Shown: one piece after another, positions 35,481-48,695 of the stretch
Numbering within the stretch: the stretch's first letter is position 1
How the letters are laid out: each line of letters opens with the position of its first letter
Assembly: GCA_051294905.1 (NCBI GenBank)
Contig: CM119371.1
Span: 11,162,001-11,222,000, forward strand
Reading direction: 5' to 3'
DNA from: Botryllus schlosseri
Lineage: Eukaryota
Length of the DNA: 60,000 nt
The notes under the pieces: model-generated
Database searches by the model: none
What the model was told of the DNA's origin: nothing
The model's input: the letters and a program-made list of their open reading frames with translations, nothing else
Position numbers and translations under genes: made by a program

Positions 35481-38345
35481 TATAAGCACTGATCCATCCT
35501 AGTCTATCTCCATCTCCTACTTCAACCACCTTCGTTTTATGGCGTAACAATAGACTAATACGATGTAGGCTACTATTACATCGTAGCAATGCCACATTTT
35601 TTTCATGCAGCGCTGCACTGCAGATTGAAACTCATTATGAAGCGGCGGGCCGTATTCTTGTGATAACTAATTATTATGTCGCGGGCCGGACGATTTCGCT
35701 TGGCGGGCCGTAGGTTGCCTACCCTTGAATTAGAGCTATCCAACTTTACCCAAACTAGATTAGAATTAGAATTAGAGCTACACGATGTTTTCCAAATTAG
35801 ATTAAAATTAGAATTAAAGGTACACAGATTTTTCCAAATTAGATTAGAATTAGAATTAGAATTAGAATTACTGAATTCGCAAAAACCTGGAAATTTATTG
35901 AAATTGCAAATGAGAAATAAATACAGCCAAACGTTCAGTTCATGTCACATCACATCACAGTGCATTCCCATAACCATGGCAATGGGTATGGCAATAGTTA
36001 TCGTCTGTACACCAAGCTTGGCTCGTTTTGCTGTTTGCTCGGTACTAGGGGTCATCAACGCGAGGTCATATTTCGGGGTTGGATATCTGTTTTTTTTATT
36101 CTTGAAGAATACGAAATAAAGCATTTTGAATTGATGAAATTGATTTCAGTTTCAAATTATTGTTGTTGTTAAAAATAGCTATTTGCCTGTGCCCAACAAC
36201 ACTATTCCTCTTTAGCTGAAATGGCTTCGGCGATGGCAGCAGCGTTCCATAGATGTAGGGTCAGCTGATATTAATAAGCATATTTCCTTGACGTGCGATG
36301 GTTCGGACACTGCCAAGACCGAGATGCTTAGAAAACGGCCTAGGGTCATGTCGACAAATCTATAGTCATTAGTCATGGCTAGGAGTTCTCGAGCAGCAGC
36401 AGCCTTCAGATGAGGAAAACGATTTTATTTTATCCAGTAACTCAAAACATCACGCAGTCCATGCTCTCACTCTATGCTGCGAAATATCTTTCGACCTCAT
36501 CCTCTAATATATCTTCTTTGGTTAGATCTGAAGTAATCATCCTCTTTTTTGTTGGTGTAGTTGAGAGCAAGAAAGTGAACGAGCCTGTGATAACTATCTC
36601 TATTTCTTTGCTGCAGTTCTGTTTGCGATCGAAACTAGAATGTTGTTCGCATACCACAAGCTACTATGCCAGCATGGCTATCATTCGTCGCACAATACCG
36701 TACGGTGTAAGTAATGCGACGGCGGCTTGTCACTAGATTTCCCTGTGCAAGAGGGATATACTCGTTAACTCGCTGCAAACTGCCGCAGAAAAGCCAGCAT
36801 TTTAAGGAAAACAATAAATTAGATTAGAATTAAAATTAGAGCCTAGGAACATTTCACAAATTAGATTAGAATTAGAATTAGAGCACAAGAACAAATCGCA
36901 AATTAGATTAGAATTAGAATTAGAGAATAGAAACATTTCACACATTATATTAGAATTAGATTACTGGCATTTCTCTCTAATTTAGTGAAATTAGACAACT
37001 AGAATTATCTAGTTGTCCGAGTCTGAGCGCAGGTCACGATCATTTCCAGCCAAACATCGGCGAATACGGCTCTTCCTATTTGTAATCTAAAGGCTGGCTA
37101 TAACTGCAGCGTTTGGCCAACAAAATGTCGTTGAGAGATAAATGCAAAATGAAGGTAGGAACAAGAAAAACAGCACTTTCAAAACAGAATTGAGGGAAGG
37201 ATTTGCATTCATTGAGTCTTATCTGTCAAGATTCAGTGAATAATTACAATGCCATAGTAACTTGATACGTCATTACGATACCAAGCACGAACACTTCGCC
37301 CCTAGTTGCCCAACGAAGACAGATTTACGGAGTAATGGGATTATCGAGCTACTGAAATCATCCTTAAATGCTCAGCAGCACTTGAAGGAACTGATCCGCA
37401 ATGCTTTGACGTCATATTAGCCTGATTTCAAACACACTGCTGCCATGTGGGCCGCATCTATCACCACAAAATATTAAACTTCATTTGACAGCCTACATTT
37501 CGTTGTGACGGAATAAATACGAATTTTTGAATTTTGTGTCGCGGCCCTTTTAAAACTAAGATTTTTGGTATGCGACTCGAGCATGAAGTAGGTCTGCGCA
37601 ACCCTGCTTTATGATATACCTGGGGACTCTGCGTCCCACGGGCCGAATGCGACTCTTTACGCAATTCTGTGAGACCCGCGAAACGCTCCATGGAATTTAG
37701 CCTATAACATCGAGTAAGTGAAGTTAATGCGTGGCCAAAAATACTGTATAAACTGATACGGAAATGCGTTCACTTTCAGGTGTAGTTTATCTATATGTAC
37801 CGTGATTACGTTACCGACGTACGCCGTGCGAGTAATCCAGGTTCAAAATATAGCCAATATAGCTAAGTCTGCCGTAACAATTATAGTTATAATTCCCTGC
37901 TTCGATATTGAATGTAAAATTTTGTTTGTTGCCAGGTCTGTGCTTTAAACTGTTACGTCATACGTTTCCAAATCCTACTTCGTGGGATAATGCAATCAGT
38001 GCATGAGATCAGCGACCATCCTCACTCATGAACGATGTTATGTCAATCAATGGAAAATGCGGCTTAAGGTCCACATTTCAACAAGATTTGGAGCACTAAA
38101 TATCTGTTTGCTGAAATCAGTCGTAAACGGATCTTTTTAGTTTATGGTGAGCACCGAACAGGTCTCTGTGTTTAAAGATTATACTTTCAGTTGACATTAT
38201 GGAAAAATTATGCAGTGAACACATTTACTCGGCTGATTCCTGCCTGCTGGTGAGGCTGGCAAAAAAGCAAAGCCATTTTATCAACATACAGCAATGGACG
38301 CAGCCTAACATTAACGCATCCACTTAATAACACATGGTTATAGTG

Positions 38346-40382
38346 CAGGGGTGGGCAATTATTTTTCTCCGCGGGCCAAATGAGAGCAGAAATATGTTGG
38401 CGAGCCGAGTCAGAAATTTTAGAATATCCAGCGTGTTGATTTTATTTCTAAATTGGAGGCAATGTATTACACGAATTGGTGCTCACTGGATGTGTTGATA
38501 TTGGGGAATGACAAAGTGACGGTTAATTACCCTAAAAAATACCTATTTGCCGTCATATTTTGAACAATGTGAAACATAATACATTTTGAACACTCTTTAA
38601 ACCGCTATCCGCGTTTTTCTATCAATACCAGTCCCCAACGAGATGCACGATGCACGAGATGTCTTGTATACACCAATTAGCAACGTCAGTGCCCCAATCG
38701 CACCTAGCGCGGAATTTTTTGATGATTCATGATTCAATCGGTCAATAATATTGGTAATTGCAAATATATTGCTATATTTTTCAATCTCTCTCAGCCCACT
38801 AGTGGCCTACTCAGTTTTACCGCTGAAGCTGAATGGGGTACTGTCCTGGAAATATTCGGGAGGGCCCGTTGGTATTATTCCTAAGTTACATGTTGTTATT
38901 TCGTGACCTCCCGTCTGCTATGTGAAAAGATACGGAAATCGCCGAAGCGTACCAAACTAAAAAGACGACCCCGATTCCCGATTGTTATTCCTTCACTGGC
39001 AAATATTGCCTATGGACAATTGGACTTGAGGTTTTCGGTCAACATAAGGGCAGTCCTTTTCGGTCAAGATTTCTCGCTGTCGAGCTTTATTACCTTTACT
39101 TAGTTAATTTGATCTGCAGTTACAATTGCAGTGCCATCTCGGAATCCTGTATTGGGTAAAAGTTCATTTATCTTGGTGCGCCGTGGTGCGGTAATGGCTA
39201 ACGCCGAAATGCCCATTCTAAAAACCATTGAATGAAGTTGCATAAATTTTCAAAAAAATACCCCATAATTTATGTTCACTCATGAAAAAATTTTGGGCGC
39301 CCGTCGAGCTCGCCACGCAATTGGGGGGTTTGTGGTGCGGGAGTTACGGTCCTAAGGATAATATATTGCTTATTGTCTTGGTAGCTGGTTTTTAGGAAGA
39401 GTGCAGCTTACCGAAATGGCCATGTTGATTAGCGAAGATTGCATCTTTAAATTTCAACTTTCGGCTTTATTTTTTTGACATCCTTCATGGGTGGTGATAT
39501 AGTCATAGAAATCATGGGCAACGATTCACTTGTTTCACGAATTATGGATTTGGAAACACATCACGTAACAATTTGAAACACAGACCGTGCAATGCATAAT
39601 GTGACAATGGCACCAAAGAAGGTTTGGTGACTTCTTGTGACTTGAATTCTGACGGCATAACTTGCTACATTGACATGCCCATTCTAAAAACCATTGAATG
39701 AAGTTGCATAAATTTTCAAAAAAATACCCCATAATTTATGTTCACTCATGAAAAAATTTTGGGCGCCCGTCGAGCTCGCCACGCAATTGGGGGGTTTGTG
39801 GTGCGGGAGTTACGGTCCTAAGGATAATATATTGCTTATTGTCTTGGTAGCTGGTTTTTAGGAAGAGTGCAGCTTACCGAAATGGCCATGTTGATTAGCG
39901 AAGATTGCATCTTTAAATTTCAACTTTCGGCTTTATTTTTTTGACATCCTTCATGGGTGGTGATATAGTCATAGAAATCATGGGCAACGATTCACTTGTT
40001 TCACGAATTATGGATTTGGAAACACATCACGTAACAATTTGAAACACAGACCGTGCAATGCATAATGTGACAATGGCACCAAAGAAGGTTTGGTGACTTC
40101 TTGTGACTTGAATTCTGACGGCATAACTTGCTACATTGACTTTAGTTTTAATCTGGATTAGGCATGCGAGGTACGTATAGGCTGCGTAATCACGGTATGT
40201 TAATGAACAGGCTTGATAGTAAAAGAATTTCCGGTCCAGTTTATACATCGTATGGTTTTAGTCCATGCAGCAAAATTAAAATGTAGGTTTGATATTTAAA
40301 ATTTCAAACAGCCTTTCGCGGGCCGCACAGAATCGTAAGGCGGGCCGCATTTGGCCCGCGGGCCGCACTTTGCCCAGGCCTG
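38346..40382. mobile_element. hAT (Buster-type) MITE, inverted relative of 19207-20496
   Basis: Termini CAGGGGTGGGCAA...TTGCCCAGGCCTG; perfect TSD TTATAGTG (38338-38345, 40383-40390). Confidence 0.9.
39209..40140. repeat. Direct tandem duplication, 2 x 466 bp
   Basis: 39209-39674 and 39675-40140 both run atgcccattctaaaaacc...gctacattgac; no differences seen by eye. Confidence 0.95.
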
Positions 40383-41728
40383 TTATAGTGCAATTCACTG
40401 CTTTCAATTTAGAAATAAAGCAGAACGCTGCAGAAAATAGTCTGAACTTTTGTCTCGGCCCGGCCACGTAATTTCTGCTACACATTTTGGCCCCGGGAGA
40501 TATAATTGCCCGCTCTTCTATGGCCTTGCTCTTCGCGAGCATCTCCATCGTCAAGCACACGAAAACGAACTTTGTTCTGACTTTTCTGACTTTCTAACTA
40601 TTCACCGTGTACCATAATACAACTGCTGTTGTGTACCTATAGTCTTTTATGTGAATGCATGGGTAAATGACATGCTTGGCGATATATAAAACCCACATCA
40701 TTGTGGCTTGGCTCATTAGTACCGTTTGATATACGTATTGTGACGGCATCAGTCAAATTTCGAGGCAAACATATCGGCCAGCCTTACATCAAAAGGATAT
40801 ATACCAAATGATCATTTATTTTGTGGACAATTCGTTTGCATAGGGACGTGCATGACTGCTTTTCTATTTGCCTTGGATCGGTTCTCAATGCTGTCGGCGG
40901 TGTCAGCGTGTCAAGTTTTGCTTAAACTAAATCTCGCAAAGCTACAACTGATACGGCATCAAGAATGTACTAGGCTTTTGACGTCGGCTAGAAACTTTCT
41001 TCAATTTTTTCCTACCGATGATGACTGGCGTAGCCATACCGTCGTTGTTCTATATAATTGTCATAATAGGATGACTACTATATTGCTGGTTATACTGAAT
41101 CGAGTCATATCCAGATGTGACGAATATATTGCAATGTATGTAGGCATAATACATACAGAAAGCGTTCATCGACAGGCAGCGTAATACTTCCTAGTTTATA
41201 GGCATATCATTGCACGCATGACTGATCTTGTCGGTTGGAAATTACAGAGTCATTATGACTCCCCTGCAATGCGTGTGCCTAAGAAACGGCCAGTACTGCT
41301 ATTATGTAACGACAATTTAACGATTTATTTATAAAGGAATGAGAAATGTGTCTAATGATCAAAATGGACATGATGAGTGGTAAATCCAAAAAAAATGGGA
41401 AGGTTAAAGCGATTCTACCAGACACCGACATATATAAATCCATAAATTAAAATAAGCAGTGCCCATCACGTCTGTGACGAAAGGAGATGTCCTCATAGTA
41501 AAGCCTAAAATTAATTGAAATCAATCCCGATTCCAATCCTACATCATGTCTCGTAAGTTACAGTACAATACACCATCAATCACATTCCTATATAATTTCA
41601 AATTCTAAACCTCCTTTAAAGAAAACCCATGTATGTAAGTTTATTATACAAAACCATTAAAGTTCGAAATAGTTGAACACAGATCCCAATAACCCATCAT
41701 CTCCACTTGCATTCACACTGCAAAGCAA

Positions 41729-44700
41729 TTAACAGGCTCCGTACGGAATGCAATCCTTCGGCAGAACTTTGTCGGTGGATTGCCGACCATCCCCCGCAAG
41801 ATCATAAGTCGTCGACTTTTCCAATGTCGGATCTGTCCTATTCGTGCGGGAACTCATCGCTGAATAAGTCAAATTGTTGTCATCGAGACACGGGACGCTA
41901 GAAGCCCGGTCTTGAGCGTCATCCATCTCATGTATCTCGGTTTCTTTGACATTTGCGTCAGCACGCTTACGGATGCCCGTATTGGGACGATTCCTTAACA
42001 AAATGTTTTGATATAACCCAACCGTCACCAATACGCATCGTTGGGAATTGATCAGAGGTAGTGAGTAACGAAGCGATCTACTTTTTCAGAACACTGTAGT
42101 GGATATCGCCTACGGGTACTAGCCCTACTCACTCAAATGGCTGTTTTTCAATTACCTCCATTCGTGATTAATGACTTTATAGCTGTAACTAATTACGTTT
42201 TTTCCATTTGAAATTTAATCAGTCTGAGGTCGTAGATATATCCACGGTGTCACGTTCACGATGGTTCATATTGCATCTTCTGACGTAGCCACCATCGACC
42301 ATTTGCTAACAGTCTACAACCCGTCGTCGAATCTAAGTATCAAGTTATGGCTCCTTCCGTCAACAGGAAAACCACAAACAAAACAGTTTCCGTCTTTCCT
42401 TAACTGGCCCTCAGACTCGCAGCACTTACGTGTACTTACAGCGTACTGACATTACACCATACACACAATTACATGTCGATTATAACCAGCATGTATTAAG
42501 CCAGAGAAAGGGCTCGAACACGCACCCCGCGAGACCATTTTGTGCGGCCCTCGGCGGTATTTTGGATTTCGAAGTATGCAACAATATTTAACTGCGAAAT
42601 ATCTTGTTTTTTAAATTAGAAAACTGCAAATTCACCCCAAAACTACTTCTGAAGCCTGAAACTACTCATTAAACTTCACATTACATCACTTTCAAAATTT
42701 ACCACGCAGTGGAAGATCAATGAATACTTCGGCGATTAGAAATTTATATTGCTAAGACACAGTAATCAGTTTATTCAAGTTGTTATAGATCTGCTCTAAT
42801 ATTCGAAGGTAACTCTAACGCTGATTTCATTTGACTTAGGTAATGACAAGATCATTAGCCTTGTTGTCAGGAGTATGCCCGAAACCCGGATTTGGTTGTA
42901 CTGCTCCAATGTTCTTGTATCAGATAAATCTTTGTAAAATTCTAAAGTATTCTACCTAGAATTGTGACACGTCAAATGTCCGCTGGCTGCAAAATTATAA
43001 CGCGACAGCTTTTACGATGTCCTGATGCATTTTTACTCTCGCATGGTGTCTATAACTAAATATACAGCAACTATGCCAAGTACAGCAGCAACGTTATTCA
43101 ACTATTTCTAAATGTGATTTTTTTTCGTGCCAGGCGTGAATTCACAATAGTAGGCTAAATCACATTTTCAACATGCGTGTGGAATGTCAGCCAGCAACAC
43201 CCCGTCAAATAAGGCCTACTCGGAAATACATTGAATTCCCATATTATTGGTGCTGCGGCCCGCGGCGCCATCAAAAAGTAGGAAATTGGCCCGCGTGCAC
43301 ATTTGAGTTTGAGACCCCTTCATTGAGCCATCCGAAAAGCATCGTTGATATGGAAATATATAAGGCATGGAGTCACCACGAACCACATTCTTAGCGAGTT
43401 GCATCAACAACCCGTGACTCCCATGTCATCGTAGCAGTATGGAAATGGAGCGGCATCAAATTCGAGAAGTTTGACAAGGCTTAGCCTACATCCTCACATT
43501 AAATCTAACGGCAAGGATGAAAATATTATGGAACTTTAAATAGACTTGCATGGACGGGTTTGAGATGACTTGGTGTTTGCATCACCCGAGTCGTAGCTCG
43601 ACTTGAAACATTTTGAAGTGACTTAGTTCGATTCCACATTTGCGGTGTATCGAGCTTAGTGACCTTATTTCAAAAATTCCTAAAAGCGAAAGTTTGAAAT
43701 ATAAAGCTTGTGGAGGTTGCATCCTGTTATCTCGCCAATTACTGTCACTGGCCTGAATAATGCTCATATAGCTTAACCACAGTTGAAACGTGTGGCGAGA
43801 TAGCGTAGTGGTACGTTCCATCGCTGCGACACCCATCAGTGAGGGTTCGAGTCCGACCGAGGTCGGCTCCAGGATTCCTACGTAAGTGTCGGAGGTTTAT
43901 CTAGGCTCCTGCTCGCCACTTAATTCGCGTATGCGGTGTCTTAAAAAAGCCTAGAATTGGCCGTGCTAAAAGTCGGTATATACGAAACATCAGAAGGAAT
44001 ATCGGTCTGGTGTAAAATGACCAATTTGTCGAAACACCCCGAATAACTAACAACAATAACAACAGTTGAAACCAACCTCATGTATATTATGATGCAAATC
44101 ATTATTAAAATCAACACCACCAGGGTAGCCGTGGATGCAATGACAGCGGTAGAAATTCCTGGATCTGTTGTCTCCGCACCTGAATAGACAGAACAAACTC
44201 ATCTTTTAAAACCGAAAGGCTTGAAGTATGGTATGATATCGAAATTTCTAAGTATTTAGCATTTTTCCAGAAGCATGGCTCTGATCCAACTTTTGATTTG
44301 TCAAATAGATTGCATAACTCAAAAAATCGTTCAGTGCCCGGTTTATGTGTAGCCTATATCTCAAATTGCAACTCAGACTCAACCACGCCGTCGACATCTA
44401 TTTGAAGACAAAAAAAAAGTTGGTTGATTTGCATATGAAGGAATATAATAATAATCATAATTTACTAGTCCAATCTGAATATCATGAAAATGCATGATAT
44501 TCGATCGCTGTCGCATTACAACGTTACAGTAAACATTTCGCTTATCGTAACCTCTAGTCCATAAACAACGAAGATGAGTTTTAAAATCGTGACTCTGTGA
44601 AGGTAGCAGTTACATAAATATTAATATCATTTTGTTGAACTTGGAAGTTATTTCCTGTGCTATTTTGCTCGGATGATTAAGGTATGGTATGGAATGATTG

Positions 44701-46575
44701 AGGCGGGTACGGAGTATATGGACATTTCCCATTCCATGCCATACCATTCCATGCCTTAGTGGAGGCTAGACGAGTTAATCAAGTCTTCTTTCATTTATTG
44801 CTGGTTACAATTATCACACATCAAGATTCTGTTTTGTGGAACAAATATATCGTGTGCGGCGACCTTTTACAATCCACGTTCCGCGTTGATGCCTTATCCT
44901 GACCCTGTAGTATCGCATGTCTATACATACCTGCCGAAGCAGTCGTATTGAAGCTACTCGTGTCGGCACTAGTCCTTGTCGGATTATTAGCTAATGTCGC
45001 ATTGCTGTGGGTTGTGGAGTTCTTAGTCGTGTATCCAACCGTGACTGAAAAACATAGTGCAAATACTCGCATTGAAATGTTATCTAATAATACGTGGTCT
45101 TATCAAGCAAAATAACTCGTCATGAGAATTGACAATAATGCCTTATACGAAGGTCGACAGAAATTCGAGTGATTTCTACGAACGCCTAGTGAGGATCATT
45201 CTGACGAATACATTTTCCATATGCCATTAAATTTGCTGACGCGATACAACGGCCTCGAAGAAGGCAACGGCGACATTTGCTCTAGTAATATGAAAACGAA
45301 CAGTGTAGTCCTAATGTTGAAATAGCGGGGTTCACAATTTATTTTGAATATTAGGGCCTAATAATGCTCAAATAGAGATACAAATAGCGTTGACATATGT
45401 CTCATTTTTAAATTGTACCATCATGCCTGCATTTATGTATTGCTGCATACTATGCTATATCATACTATATTGGAGCCTTTGCAAAATGCCGGTTTACCTA
45501 AATCTATGCGTCTCACCGGCGTGGAACTTGATCCATTTAGAAGTAAATATGAGTAGCATGGGAATGCACAACTAATGAAATGTGTTCTGGGTAGATCGAA
45601 TAAAAACAAATTGATTTTGTTACATAACATAAGATATATTCATATATATCAAGATTCTATAATGGGGATTAATCCGCATTCTCATGTATCACTGCAAACC
45701 TGATGAAGTAGTCGCATTGAAGCTGGTAGTCGACTTTTTTATGTCGGCACTTGTCCTTGTCACATTGTCTTGTAATGTGGCTTTGCTTGATATGAAAGTA
45801 GTAGAATTATTCGCAGTGTCTGCAACCGTTACTGCGAAAAATAATGCTCATACTTGAGAGATATCCGATGATGTGTGATCACATCAACCCAAAATCATTT
45901 CCGATCGATTGCAATATCGTATACAGGAGGTTTGCAAAATTATGGATTCTTTCGAATCATGCTGCGTATTTATATAATCATTCATGAAAATACCTTTGAA
46001 AAAAAAACTATCATATATCATGGACCATGGAGACTGGAAGGCTCCAATATGTTCCATCAATCATCAACCTCCAACCAAGAAGACCCCGGCCATCGTCGTT
46101 GTAAAATTAGTAAATCTAACAGGCTTTCGATCCGTATTGACATATAATTAACACCGGTTACGTTACAAGTTACTAGTAGAAAGTTTGCAGGAGGGAATGT
46201 GCCTATTTCGTGTCCGGGTAAACCGAATTGGGAGTATAGGCAATTGCTATAGTGTATCTACGACAAAGTCATATTTCCATACATCTTTATGAAAGATTTC
46301 TCACGAGAAAGTCATATACTAATTAGTTCATAGATAGTTTGATGTGATCATCTTGGGCTTCAATGTTGGCTTGCTACATACAAGCGGACGAATATGAATG
46401 AATGAATTTGTTTTAAAAACAATTATTCTGATTTCTCCGGTAACTGAGGCAACACATCGGTAAACCTAACTAAGGCGAAGTAATAAATACCTTCACGAGT
46501 ACCATCGATCAATTGCGTATACTTCGGGTGGGCGGTTGTAGTAATTGCACCAGTTGATGTCGTAGCATTATCCAT
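41729..46575 (-). CDS. Gene B: ~232-aa mucin-like single-pass membrane protein with Tyr-motif tail; exons 46491-46575, 45700-45831, 44931-45044, 44077-44179, 41729-41993
   Basis: GT-AG junctions with consistent phases (1,1,1,2) give 699 nt in frame: MDNATTSTGAITTTAHPKYTQLIDGTRE|VTVADTANNSTT...SFNATTSS|VTVGYTTKNSTT...SFNTTASA|GAETTDPGISTAVIASTATLVVLILIMICIIIYMR|NRPNTG...VKETEIHEMDDAQD...NLTYSAM...TTYDLA...PYGAC*. The start is uncertain: a possible acceptor at 46595 would extend it by xIIFPLL. Confidence 0.82.
42502..43320. mobile_element. Degenerate hAT (Buster-type) MITE in the last intron of gene B
   Basis: gcggccc motifs at both ends and 3' end ggcccgcg...tgagtttgagacccct; the left terminus is eroded. 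Confidence 0.55.
43790..44061 (+). mobile_element. tRNA-derived SINE with 11-bp TSD
   Basis: A box TAGCGTAGTGG, B box GGTTCGAGTCC, (AAC)n tail; TSD ACAGTTGAAAC at 43779-43789 and 44062-44072. Confidence 0.88.
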
Positions 46576-47514
46576 TAGGAGAGGGAAAATAATACTAGGA
46601 CAATTAACGACTTAACCCCTAAGTTTCTGGGAAGCTATTGAAAAAATGAAGTAGATACTTGGTATTACAAGTTATCTTTTTGATCGACTAGATGTAAGGT
46701 AGGGTGTTTTTTTTTATGGTAGACCGTTTATTGTAGACCGTGGATATTCTAACATGTGGACCCTGGCTAAAATTAGCACCGATACTATACAGGCTTATTT
46801 TGATCAATAACAAAATTCCTGAGATGGATTTAGGATGTATGCAACCTTGTTGTCATCCTTAGACATATTTTGTTCTAATAATCGCACAAATGGAAACAAC
46901 AGAATTCTAATGCTGACGACACTGCTAAACCACAGAATGTACAGTCAAAACGGCCAGATGTTAATGGGTATATTAGGCTGAGTTACCAAATGACCAGAAT
47001 TGATCGAAATGGGATTGAAGACACCTGAGGTACGAATGAGAATGCAAGGAGATGATCCGCTACAATTGGCAAACAATCAGACGCAAGATATAATCGTTTT
47101 TACCAGAGATCTAAGCGGACATATGGTCAGAATAAAATCATTTTAGATACGCTGTCATGAGTATTATAGTTTCTCTATCACTTGGGATTCTGTTGCAGAA
47201 AATGTTTGAAAAATATCGCCCGATTCATACCCGGCCAGCTACACAGGTTCACTTCTGTCATAATGTAACATTGTTAGCAAGGATTCTGTAAATCGCTTCA
47301 GGTGGTATTTCAATTAAATGCATTTCATTCACACTATGAAGAAAAACAGATGGGTGTCATAACGAAGCAATTCTACTGTTTGAAAGTACTGAAGTAGGCT
47401 ATTCATCCAGTCCTGGAAATTGCTACGATTGTACTTGTAATTGAATAGATATTTAAAACATTACCTACTTGCATATCAATACCTGTTACGTTACACCCCC
47501 TGAAAAAGACTGTA

Positions 47515-48695
47515 ATGAAATGAAATATTTTAGTACACAAAATTTTTTCGCCCAACCCATGACTCGCCTCAATATACTCGAAAACAATCGTAGTGTGATT
47601 CATGACTAAAACTCTAACATGGGTGAAAAGGCGTATCACATAACATCATCACTACGAGAATTGAAATCGCTTGGGACAGCCCTTTAACATATCCTATCCC
47701 AGGGTTTGCAAACCAGCATCCAGCTGAAACTCATCATCTGTTTCATTATTTGACAAAAGCTGCATTTTTACGATTACAAAAAGACTGAGCGACGGATTTA
47801 TACGCTGTTCATTCTCTGGTAAATGTAACAAATACACCAGTTTAGTGAAATATATCATTTGCATTAGAAAAAACGATTTTCGCTTTTCGTCACTGCGAAC
47901 ACCTCGTTATGGGACGAAATAGTGGTTTGAGGTGACTAAAAATCACATCTCTGTCTCGGGTTCAACCTCCGAGCGATGTTGTCGAATAACCTGCCTCTCC
48001 AATAGGTTTAGCATAAATTGCAGGAGGAAACCATGTTCTGAATTCAGCGTGAAACCCTATTTCGATATCATTAAAGAGCATAATGGCGATATAAATTGGT
48101 TGGACATTAATCGAAATCATCTTTCAGTGGCATGTAAGCCTACATATGACCGCACTTACCTTATTGTACAGCTCGGGCATCTTAAAAGATTTTATGAGAA
48201 TCGTAAGTTGCCACCCAGTTGAAAATACCTCGCAATATTTATGAAATAGCGACATGAGTCCATCAAATATTTTAGGGATGACCAGCAATGGCAAACTTGC
48301 CAATTTAACATCATCCATGATATAGAAATTTTTACGATGTCATGCTTTGAAATCTTGTACAGAATTTCCCCTGAATTCCCCCAATAAATCAGGAGTTTTC
48401 TTGAACATCCTAACTTTAATAGGTCCGTTTTAGTTACTTCCAGGATGAGATGGTCATGCCCATGCATATTCTATCAGACGAATCATGTATGTGCTTGTGG
48501 CTGTACTGTGCTGGCATATATTCGATGGCTACTGGGCTAGACAGCAGGGCAAGTCTTGATACTGGTATGTATAATATTACCCAATTCGGTCAGTGTCGGT
48601 TGGAATTGAATAAATTCCAATTCTACAACATGGGCAACACCAATGCCTCTATGCTAAGTACCGGTCGTCTTATATCAACGCGACGTTGTGTAAGC
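47515..48695. repeat. Dispersed ~1.2-kb degenerate repeat, copy 2
   Basis: Colinear with 1258-2304 plus 4288-4475. Confidence 0.8.

Larger units (their letters stand above)
33623..35727 (-). mobile_element. Internally deleted hAT Buster/SPIN-type transposon
   Basis: Termini CAGGGGTCGGCAACC...GGTTGCCTACCCTTG; perfect TSD AATTAGAG; contains a transposase remnant. Confidence 0.9.
33562..37025. mobile_element. hAT-type element with (AATTAG)n subterminal arrays and a decayed internal coding remnant
   Basis: TIR CAGACTTCGACAAATAG vs CTAGTTGTCCGAGTCTG; perfect TSD AGCGCAGG (33554-33561, 37026-37033). Minus-strand remnant ...LEDEVERYF... at ~36300-36660 resembles the start of a hAT dimerisation region. 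Confidence 0.88.

Noticed and set aside
35676..36119. 147-aa ORF with ELELEL repeats
   Set aside because: It is a translation of (AATTAG)n subterminal repeats across a transposon junction.
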